Sequence record: NC_015251.1
Length of the DNA: 64,000 nucleotides
Strand: one strand, 5' to 3'
Under the pieces are notes generated by a model. That model was not told the DNA's origin, did no database searches, and saw nothing but the letters and a program-made list of their open reading frames with translations. Shown one piece after another: positions 53,877 through 62,740 of this stretch (positions are counted from its first letter, which is position 1; each line of letters starts with the position of its first letter). The position numbers and the translations under genes were made by a program.

Positions 53877-54134
53877 TTACCTCAGTTGAGAATCTTTACT
53901 TCCTCTACGATTGTACATACTCGGTATCTTCTTGTCAAAGAGATTTTGACATTTAATACAGTATCTTGTTTCTATGGCCTGTCGTCTTGCTATTGGGATT
54001 GGTTCATCACACTCATCACAAAACTCAGGACTTACACCACGATACATGTTAGCTCGCGCAAAGTCAACTGCATTTGCAACAGTAGTTGCGATTGTTTCTT
54101 GAACACCATCAACGGAACCAAACCCAACGGCCAT
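53877..54134 (-). CDS. TraR/DksA C4 zinc-finger protein
   Basis: DGVQETI (acidic tip); CDECDEPIPIARRQA...YCIKCQ. Confidence 0.9.
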   Translation of the reverse strand: MAVGFGSVDGVQETIATTVANAVDFARANMYRGVSPEFCDECDEPIPIARRQAIETRYCIKCQNLFDKKIPSMYNRRGSKDSQLR

Positions 54135-55056
54135 TTTTAAACCTTTATATTTGGATACAAACTGGAATCCATTATACCAGACTCATAACCTAGAAGATAG
54201 TTGTATGCGTCAGTAGCGTTTAGAAAAACCCCGATGATAACATCTTTTCGGTTTTTGAGTTTAATGCGATCATTAAAAAGAATTACTTCGATTGCGTATT
54301 TTTCAGCTTTGGCTTTCATACCCAAGTAGTTATGAATTTCTTGCATCTTTACTTTACCTCTTCCAGAACGTTATTGAGAAAATCGCCATAGTTATCGCCA
54401 AACAATTCGATCCCTTCGTCACTCATGGCAAGCACATATTCCCCTGTGTCTGAGATAGAATCGCCCCAACTAAGTTTATCAAACCATACATAATCCCCGT
54501 AATAATTCTTATCCGTACACTTGATGATATTACCGAGACAGTTACCATGCTCTTTAGCAACACCACATAGGGAAACTATTTTATAAGACTTACCAATTTC
54601 AACTTTCATAATTATCTCCTATTAAATCACAATTTTCAATACTGTTCAATAATAAATTTAGGAACCATCACACGATAAATTTCAAAATCTTCAAGGGTAA
54701 CATCTCGGATAACATTACCGAATGTACTCATTGGGTCCTGAGAAAGATAAGGATATCCACGGGAGATCATACCCCGAAGAAGCCCGATAGTAGTTGGGTC
54801 TTCTTCATAAATGTATCCGAGCGCACATTCATTCACGATCACATAACGAACTTTACGAATACCGTTATCATCATACCATTTAGCCATTTTATTAATCCTC
54901 ATCAAAATCACCACCAAGAACTTTCGCGGCCAGTACACACGAACCATACCACATCATACCACCAATAACCAGTATGGAAATAGTAATAACTTCGTTCATG
55001 TGTTTCTCCAAAAAGAAAAGGTCTTGTCCCAATCGACAAGACCTATTATATACACA

Positions 55057-55584
55057 TTACTGACGATAGCAACCACAAGATCGTAAAAACTTAATGTTTT
55101 TTGCTACTCGTTCGTAATACTCAATACCTGCACTACTGTTAGGGCTATATCCAGCATTGTAACTTTTAACAACCATTTTCCAGTCACCATTACGGACTTC
55201 TTTCCAATACTCAAGCTCCATCAGAGCATAGTTAGCAGAGGTTTCCATACTCGCGATAAGCTCGGATCTCAACTTTCGTTGGTGTTTCCAACCCATCTTA
55301 GAACCGGTTAGTTGTTCAACCCGCTTAACCGTATACTTTAGATTGTTCTGGAACACTCCATAATCGCCAGTACGGTTATTGATTAAAAATTTACCTGCTT
55401 TACTCTCAGTAAGAGCAATTGCAGCCAGTGTAAGCCCATAACCTGAAGATTCTCCAAGTTCATAAGCTCGCTGAATTGTATAAATCTGATTTTCCGTTAA
55501 TTCACGGTTTTCATACATAACAGCATTTGCCGATATCGACGTTAGAAGTAGGAGAATTCCTACTAATATACTACCACTTTTCAT
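55057..55584 (-). CDS. T4 Vs.1-like SLT lytic transglycosylase with signal peptide
   Basis: AIALTESKAG, GVFQ and SYNAG. Confidence 0.85.
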   Translation of the reverse strand: MKSGSILVGILLLLTSISANAVMYENRELTENQIYTIQRAYELGESSGYGLTLAAIALTESKAGKFLINNRTGDYGVFQNNLKYTVKRVEQLTGSKMGWKHQRKLRSELIASMETSANYALMELEYWKEVRNGDWKMVVKSYNAGYSPNSSAGIEYYERVAKNIKFLRSCGCYRQ

Positions 55585-55712
55585 CTTCGATCCTTTTTAG
55601 TGGAAGGGGTGAATTGTGGGACTTTCTAACACTCATCTAAAAACAAGCAAAGCCCAAAATAGTATTTAGCCATAAAATATTATAGAAGTCAAGAATATTT
55701 TTAGTTTCAAGT

Positions 55713-55817
55713 GCAATCAAATTATAAAGTTCTATAATATATTAATAGAGACTTTATAATTAGAAAAATGTGAGTGAAACGAACAAACGGCTTTGCCGTT
55801 ACTCACTACGTTCGTAA
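55713..55817 (-). repeat. Intergenic hairpin/palindrome element, copy 2 (inverted relative to 3202-3303)
   Basis: The reverse complement shares a 23-bp identical block and a ~55-bp block with about 3 mismatches. Confidence 0.9.
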
Positions 55818-57016
55818 TTCTATAGGTCTGTATCTACGTATAATAAACTCTTCATCCTAAGAGATTAAATGATACCTAACAACTATAGGAATTGATTATA
55901 CATCGATATAGACACTCTACAGGATAGTAACGAAGCTATCCAGATATGTCATATGAACAGTTAACGTAGAACCGTCTAGATGATAACCCTTGATGTAAAT
56001 GTCGGTTGCATTTTCATCGATCAAACTTTGGACAATTGAGAATGTCCCAATGATACTTTCCTTCACCAACTCAATTTCGTCATCACTCAAAAGGAATCGA
56101 TATTCCTCACACGACATTTTAACGGATGGGCCGGATTTATCACCGGAAACAACCGTTGCATTGTATGGATTAATGAAAAAATCATTAGACCCAACCAGAT
56201 ACATCATCGACTCACCAAATTGATCAATAAGCATATTAACCTACCAGTTTTTCTTTATTAAACATAGCAATCATACCACCACCATCCTCGATATCCACCA
56301 TCTCATCGAGCATAGTATCCGACTCTACATTTTTGAGATGTGCATATTGACGATCTGATACATTACAGATGTAGATGACTCCCGATTGTATGAATATTAA
56401 CTCTTTCGTTACATCTTTTTCACTAATCAGATCCATATGGGCGAATTCATTATATTTATCAAATACAACTTTTATCAACATATAGTTTTTCTTTATTCCC
56501 CAGTCATAGTTGCGCTTTTTCAATTACACTAGCGGCTTTCTCAAATAGCAACCCAAGAAATGATGCAGTTGTTTTCTCGGCCTACTTCATACTAACTTTC
56601 ATACCTGTATATTTTGCGACTTGATCCCCAGTCATATCTGGATGATGGAATCGGACAATCACATCAGAATCAAGAGTCTTACCCAGAACAATATAAAAAT
56701 GAATGCTATTCATCTTCACATTCGGCATGGTTTTGTTTTTGAAAACTTCAGCATCTGGAAGCTCTACCGTCAAAATTTCAATGGCAGCAGGAACTAGATC
56801 ATTCAATTCAGCTTCACGTAGGTCTTTTTTGGCCTGCCGTTCAAACTTTTTCAGACGGGTTTCAACATCAATCTTTAGATCATAAATGGATCCAAGTTCA
56901 GTACCCGTAGGTTTGTGAATGAACATACCATCCAACTTCATGGTTACTTCTGAAATATTCCAACCATATGCTTTACAAAAATCCAATAGTGAATGACTCA
57001 TTACTTATTATCCTAT

Positions 57017-57454
57017 TTATTTATGAAATGTGTTTTCAGTTCCACCCAAAGAAAAATATATTTTCTTCCAATTTTCATCATGGGTAGATTTATCATCTTT
57101 TACAAACTCAACTAAGTGAGCTACTTCATGTGGGATAGTTTCATTGAAAACATAATTCCAAACAATCTCGTTTTCTAACATAGAATTAATATTCAAACGT
57201 ATATAATATTTATTGACAGAATTTAAAGAACCATCTATTACTACTATTTCAGTATTAAATCCAGCAAGCCCATAATATCTTTTATGGCAAGATGTGTATA
57301 ATTTATATTCAACCCCGTTCATCCAAGGGTATAAAGATCTTGCGGTACTCATGACACTATCCAATCTATCTTTTACTAAATTTATAGTTTCTTTTCGATT
57401 GGTTGTGTACATAAGAAATCTCCTTGGTCGATGTGGGTATTCTCTCACACCCAC
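57017..57454 (-). CDS. SprT-like zinc metalloprotease
   Basis: GLAG, IRLN, TIPHEVAHLV and HDENWK. Confidence 0.85.
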   Translation of the reverse strand: MGVREYPHRPRRFLMYTTNRKETINLVKDRLDSVMSTARSLYPWMNGVEYKLYTSCHKRYYGLAGFNTEIVVIDGSLNSVNKYYIRLNINSMLENEIVWNYVFNETIPHEVAHLVEFVKDDKSTHDENWKKIYFSLGGTENTFHK

Positions 57455-57470
57455 AATCTAATGTCAAACT

Positions 57471-57839
57471 TTAAATACCATCCAAGGTACAATCAAAATT
57501 ACCTTGTTCTTCAGCTTTTGCGAATTGCATCAAAATTTTTGTTGGAATAGACACTACGAAGGTTTCCGTTTTCCCAATATATTCAATATTATATCCAAGA
57601 TTTGGAAACTTCCGCAGGAGTTCGTTATAAACCATACCCGAATCGAAATTAATAGAGCCACCTACAGAATGTCGTATCCATTTATCCACATAATCCGTTT
57701 TGAAAGTATAAGTGATTTCTCGTGAAATAACCATCATTTCTGCGATTTCATTATAGATATTATTGACTATTTTAGCAATATCAGCATTATTTCGATTTGC
57801 TATTTCCTGCAAAACTGCCATAGAATCTTTGTATTTCAT
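57471..57839 (-). CDS. Hypothetical protein, LRxLGY paralog
   Basis: AEMMV...LLRKFPNLGYNI. Confidence 0.6.
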   Translation of the reverse strand: MKYKDSMAVLQEIANRNNADIAKIVNNIYNEIAEMMVISREITYTFKTDYVDKWIRHSVGGSINFDSGMVYNELLRKFPNLGYNIEYIGKTETFVVSIPTKILMQFAKAEEQGNFDCTLDGI

Positions 57840-58478
57840 TTTAAAATTCCTTTAAAAATTACGGGTTCTTTTGGGCATACAAAATTCGGAGTGGTAACAA
57901 AAGTTAAAATTGTTGGTGGGTCAATCTCTGCATCGTATTCAACGCCTTCAAAATAATTGTAAGACTTGATCCATTTCACATTAGTAGAAAATGAAAGATG
58001 GATCAATTTCAGATCGGTTGAAATTGATGGACCAATTTTAAGCAACATCAAATTATGTAGGTCTTCTTTAAAATTCTCATACTCCATACTAATTTCTTCC
58101 ACAGAAGAATCATTATTATACACATCAGTATCGAGAAGAGAATCTATTGTGAAATCAACCAATTCTCCGTTGTCGTAATATAGTGTTGCTAGTCCGTATA
58201 TCATACTTGTAAATCCAACCAACCCTTTTCATCCAGAATACGACACGCATCATATACGGTCACCATATCCATTGCTACATCTACAGGGGTGCCATATAAA
58301 GCACAATAATAGACAACATCCTTCATCATACTGGGAAGATTGTTGTCATATATAACCTTTAGAGGATTATCACCAGCTTTTGAAATATGAGGTCTACACG
58401 CTAACGTTACTCGATTTGTTGCCGCAGCCGCATCTGACCAAGATACATTTTTCATTTAAGATTCCTTAGATTAATTTT

Positions 58479-59252
58479 TCACGCACCGTACCATTTGACA
58501 CACAACTTGTATTGATTTGATACGGTAGTATATTGTCCAACACCATAATTATTGTTGAAGTCTACCCAATTATTATACCCACTTTCCCACAATTTCATAG
58601 CCTTTTTTGTTGGCTTTGTCATTTTTATTCCGGAGGGGGATACGCATACAGCCTTTCTGGTTTCTACAATCTCGATACCATGGATGTATTGTTTAAAATC
58701 TTCTGGGATCTCATCCATCATCCGGTTCATATCGACATAATGTTTCTTTTCCAAAACGTATCGACCGCCGCCACAAGTAACTGTACCGTCATAATCTTTG
58801 CTTTGGATTTTCTCATGTGAGTATTGACTAACATTAACCTTTCCAAATCCGTCAATATAATAGCGGTGTCTTCCGCGAGAAACTACGTCAAGGTTATGAC
58901 AACGTTCACCTTTACATCCAAGACTAATTGCGATATCCCGCCAGATTTTATCGTGGCCGCTTTTACCTCTACGGACATAATCAACAAGATGTGCAACTTC
59001 ATGAGGAATGGTGTCAAAGAAGATGTGATTCCATTCTTCAATCCCACGAACCATCATATCAATATTCAGTTTAATGTAATAAGAACGTTTACCATTCGTG
59101 ACTTTAAAGCCAGCTTTCCCAGCAGCAACACCTTTACATTCCTTGAATCTGTATTCAAAATCATACATCTCAGGGTAAAGAGATTTCGCAATATCCAAAA
59201 TCTCTTCGATTCGAGTTTCTACTATGAACTGGGCTTGGTCTTTAATAATCAT
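58479..59252 (-). CDS. SprT-like zinc metalloprotease with a C-terminal extension
   Basis: AAGKA, IKLN, TIPHEVAHLV, GHDKIWR and CH. Confidence 0.9.
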   Translation of the reverse strand: MIIKDQAQFIVETRIEEILDIAKSLYPEMYDFEYRFKECKGVAAGKAGFKVTNGKRSYYIKLNIDMMVRGIEEWNHIFFDTIPHEVAHLVDYVRRGKSGHDKIWRDIAISLGCKGERCHNLDVVSRGRHRYYIDGFGKVNVSQYSHEKIQSKDYDGTVTCGGGRYVLEKKHYVDMNRMMDEIPEDFKQYIHGIEIVETRKAVCVSPSGIKMTKPTKKAMKLWESGYNNWVDFNNNYGVGQYTTVSNQYKLCVKWYGA

Positions 59253-59809
59253 GAATCTGTTCCTCTTAGTTAACAGAGACAGAATAGCTTAGTTTATTGG
59301 AAGGGTCAAACATTTTCTTTTTAACTTCTTCATTTAGTTCATCATAGCTAACGCCAGTAATCCATTGGTTCATGGCATCTGTTGCAAAGATCACAGAATC
59401 CTCAATAAAATATTTATAACTGGTAAAATCCATATACAACTGTGATTTACCAAGGGATATGATGAAATCGGAAAGGGTGTCTTTTGTTGCACACCCACTC
59501 ATGATAAACGCACACATCACGCTTCTGTTTTGAGTTTTGGATAGCCGTTGATTGTTCATCGAATTACCTTTACAACCCGAGGATCGTTATATGGACTAAA
59601 ATTGCTTGTCTGTTGGTCTTCCCGCCAGCTTTTAAGACATTCCTCACAAACGATATCATACCAATATGAATCATCCCCATCCCAGTTACCGGTATTTGCG
59701 CCAAGCTTTAAAACAACTTCGTTGTGTGGGCATTTGGATTGAAGTTCGTAGATCTGGCTACGAAGTTCTTCAATTTTCTTCAATTTTGCAATAATTTTTA
59801 CTCGACTCA

Positions 59810-59983
59810 TTAATAAATCTCCAAATCAGCTTCTTTGTGAATTTTTATAATTTTGTCACAAAAATCGCATTTGGTTTCACATCCCCGAGGGTCTGTATAC
59901 CACCCATCAACATGTTTTTCACAATGAGGGCATACTACAAAACATCCGCTAACATGTACCCTAACTTCAGTCACTTCTTCCAT
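59810..59983 (-). CDS. Zn-ribbon microprotein (frameshifted)
   Basis: MEEVTE...CPHCEK...CDFCDK after adding one T. Confidence 0.55.
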   Translation of the reverse strand: MEEVTEVRVHVSGCFVVCPHCEKHVDGWYTDPRGCETKCDFCDKIIKIHKEADLEIY

Positions 59984-60007
59984 TATATTTCTCCATATTA
60001 TATAAGT

Positions 60008-60139
60008 TCATTGTCCATCCAAACCATAAGTAGATGTACAATACTCGCAATGAACGATTCTGGCTTCAAAATCGATGGTATCACAATCGGCTTTACCGCC
60101 ACACTCAGGACATACCGGATAAACATTCTTGATATTCAT
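60008..60139 (-). CDS. 43-aa Zn-ribbon microprotein
   Basis: MNIKNVYPVCPECGGKADCD...HCEYC; abuts the GNAT stop. Confidence 0.6.
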   Translation of the reverse strand: MNIKNVYPVCPECGGKADCDTIDFEARIVHCEYCTSTYGLDGQ

Positions 60140-60708
60140 TATACAAACTCCTTCAAGGTTTCACCCATAGCATAACCATGCCACGATACATTTGCAAGAA
60201 CTTTTTCATTGTTTTTAATATTTTCTTTGGTGAACCAGTATTCGTTTCGATCTTTATCGTTCACCACAAGCCCATTAGATTCAAGGTCATTGAAATATTT
60301 TTCTATATTGAACGGTATAAATCCGCGCTTCAACCACACGATTCGACCATCAAGAATAGCAGAGGTAATCACTTTCTTAATTGATAATTCTTCGCATATA
60401 TCAACAGACGCTCGGATCATCAATTGGGTTATTCCCATTTTTTGAAATTCTTCATCAACACAAAATGTGTCGTGTTCAAAATATCCGGTATGAAGATTGA
60501 TTGTTCTGATTAGTTTTACTTTCTTACCACAATGGAGAGAAAATTCGTAATCGGTCCCTTCCATCTGATATATCGAAAGTACCCAATTGGTATCGTTTAT
60601 GATCCGAGATACATTAGATGCAAATTTAGTCAGATGTTTGGTTATGATATCAACACCTTTACAATGGACAAACGGCAATTCGCAATTACGATCATAAACG
60701 ATATTCAT
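60139..60708 (-). CDS. GNAT-family acetyltransferase
   Basis: FCVDEEFQKMGIT (motif A) and A..DG..VW.K.GF; probable start MNIVYD. Confidence 0.8.
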   Translation of the reverse strand: MNIVYDRNCELPFVHCKGVDIITKHLTKFASNVSRIINDTNWVLSIYQMEGTDYEFSLHCGKKVKLIRTINLHTGYFEHDTFCVDEEFQKMGITQLMIRASVDICEELSIKKVITSAILDGRIVWLKRGFIPFNIEKYFNDLESNGLVVNDKDRNEYWFTKENIKNNEKVLANVSWHGYAMGETLKEFV

Positions 60709-60818
60709 TTTTCCTCTCCTACGCAATATTCACATACATCATCGATACCACCATCAAGAGCACCCCCACATTCAGGACAAAAACATACAGGTTGATATAT
60801 GATATCGATGATTTCCAT
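60705..60818 (-). CDS. 37-aa Zn-ribbon microprotein
   Basis: MEIIDIIYQPVCFCPECGG...VCEYCVGEEK; ATGA overlap with the GNAT. Confidence 0.6.
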   Translation of the reverse strand: MEIIDIIYQPVCFCPECGGALDGGIDDVCEYCVGEEK

Positions 60819-61113
60819 AATTATTTCCTCAGTGATTCGATTAATTCAACGATCTCTCGTTCTCCGTCAGCTTGCTTTATCAGATTTTCTGCCTGCCAAC
60901 GGTAACTAGCTTCTGTATCGACACACCTAGAGTAAACCTTTGAGATCCATTGGTCAATACCTTTTTTATAAGTTTTTTCGTAGTCATTACATTGACCTAG
61001 TTCTATCTTTTCTCCGTCAATTACTGCAACCAGATAATAACGACTGCACTTGATTACAGAGAATGGACCTTTTGTTTCTATCAGCTTATCGTTCTTGTAT
61101 TCTTGAAAAATTT

Positions 61114-61401
61114 TCATTCGATTACCTCACAACACACACGACCCTCGTTAATATCTTCTGATATAAAAAGGTTCATCCCACAACCATAAGATTTTCCGTT
61201 AAGTGTAGTTTTTAGAATACCATCTGAATATGAATAAGTTTCTAATTTTACATTGGACTCAAAATCGTATTTCACACCAACTTCAATTTCTTTAATATAT
61301 GGTATAACCACTTTACATGATTCCAGTTCATCTTCGTTGATGTACCGGATCATCTCTTCTTTTTGTTCTTCCGAAGCGAACCATACTTTATATTTAAACA
61401 T
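61114..61401 (-). CDS. Hypothetical protein, FxSEE paralog family
   Basis: YKVWFASEEQ...EVIE. Confidence 0.6.
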   Translation of the reverse strand: MFKYKVWFASEEQKEEMIRYINEDELESCKVVIPYIKEIEVGVKYDFESNVKLETYSYSDGILKTTLNGKSYGCGMNLFISEDINEGRVCCEVIE

Positions 61402-61642
61402 TTATATATTCCTTTTATAAATAGACACTCGATCATAATATCGATTATGAATATTGTTTTCCCATACTTCAAAAACCCCAACCTCCGGTTGATGTACACG
61501 ATTAAACCAACAACGCTTATTTCCCAATTTAAACACCTTACCTATAAAAAGAGACGACCCGTTATCTGAACCATAAATGATATAATCGCCCTTCTTTATT
61601 TCTTCTCCGTGCATATCTCTCATTTTCAATTCCTATTATAAA

Positions 61643-61669
61643 TAAAAAGGGAACCCCGAAGGATTCCCT
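61643..61669 (-). terminator. Rho-independent terminator (TTCG loop)
   Basis: AGGGAATCC-TTCG-GGGTTCCCT-TTTT. Confidence 0.85.
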
Positions 61670-61677
61670 ATATTGTA

Positions 61678-62634
61678 TTATGATTCACGCGCATTAGTCA
61701 ACAGAAGTTTTGACTTAATCTTAGTGATTTGGTTCTTACGACCTCGCCAATGTTTACCACACTTGACGCACTTATATTGTTTGAATTTGCTTACTTCAGT
61801 ATAAGCAAAACCGGAATCCTCAAACTCATGACCACCACATACACATGTGAATTCGTCAGAATCGGTATATAGGGAGAAGTTTGGAAGGCGATCCGACCAT
61901 GGGGAAAGTTTAACATAAAGTTCTTGAAGAGAAACGATATCACCAATATTGTAATCTTCCATTTCTTGCCAAGCTTCCATATTACCAGCCAGACATTCTT
62001 TCCACAGTTCAAAACCTGGGAATTTAGCATGTTTAGATTTCTTAGTGTCACTACACAGTGTATCTGTCATATATTCGAGTTTATTGGAAGTAAATCCGAA
62101 AGTACGCTTTGCAATTTCAAGAGTATCGATATGTTTTACACCTGAGAATGGCTTCATATTATGGAAGATCATACGAGCGCGGATCTTTGGAATATCGAAC
62201 CGCTTACCATTTTGGTGAAGAACAATATCGGCTTCATCCAAAAGTTCCCACAGAACTTTGAGCATATCGGAATCATCTTCTACGTTTTTAGCGTTTCTCT
62301 GGTCCATATAAATGATTTCATCACTATCAAACCATTTTGCTGCAAAACTTAGCATGTACCAATCTTGGTCGATCATGTTCAAACCAACGTTAGTCTTGAA
62401 CAATCGCCATACGTGAGCAAGTACAGGAGCGGTTTCAATATCAAGAACAAGGACTCGGGGACCGGTCTTCATATCATCTACTATATTATTTTCTTCCATA
62501 TAACGTTCGTAATAGTAGTTAACTGAAGATTTAGAAATACCGAGTTCTTTAGCAATTGCACGGGAACCCATACCTTTGCTTTCTTTCATCTCAACAATAG
62601 ATGAGATGACTTTTTCATAGTTGCTAACGGACAT
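61678..62634 (-). CDS. HTH plus RNase H-like (DEDD) exonuclease with a C-terminal Zn ribbon
   Basis: SRAIAKELGISKSSV; LDIET, NGKRFD, HIDTL, NKLEY, YNIGD; CVCG...CVKCG. Confidence 0.9.
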   Translation of the reverse strand: MSVSNYEKVISSIVEMKESKGMGSRAIAKELGISKSSVNYYYERYMEENNIVDDMKTGPRVLVLDIETAPVLAHVWRLFKTNVGLNMIDQDWYMLSFAAKWFDSDEIIYMDQRNAKNVEDDSDMLKVLWELLDEADIVLHQNGKRFDIPKIRARMIFHNMKPFSGVKHIDTLEIAKRTFGFTSNKLEYMTDTLCSDTKKSKHAKFPGFELWKECLAGNMEAWQEMEDYNIGDIVSLQELYVKLSPWSDRLPNFSLYTDSDEFTCVCGGHEFEDSGFAYTEVSKFKQYKCVKCGKHWRGRKNQITKIKSKLLLTNARES

Positions 62635-62711
62635 TTAAATATTACCTTATGTTTAAGTTTATTCATTATATCATATTGTCCTCATTTCTATGAACATAGT
62701 ATTTCTCTCAT

Positions 62712-62737
62712 AAATAAGGGGGAACTTAATCCCCCTT
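62712..62737 (-). terminator. rIIB terminator
   Basis: AAGGGGGA-TTAAGT-TCCCCCTT-ATTT. Confidence 0.75.
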
Positions 62738-62740
62738 TAA

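Larger units (their letters stand above)
382..61629 (-). other. About 90 additional small, co-directional minus-strand hypothetical ORFs filling the gaps between the listed genes
   Basis: Tight packing, ATGA/short overlaps and AGGA/GGAG SDs; no family recognised. Confidence 0.6.

Noticed and set aside
60139-60708. GNAT as the cognate toxin of the DUF1778-like peptide
   Set aside because: It is 36 kb away and lacks the recalled AtaT/TacT-type motifs (e.g. RLAVD...G.G..LL.DA).
61637-61644. Perfect TATAAATA late promoter on the plus strand
   Set aside because: It is the complement of a minus-strand terminator U-tract, and no plausible plus-strand gene follows.
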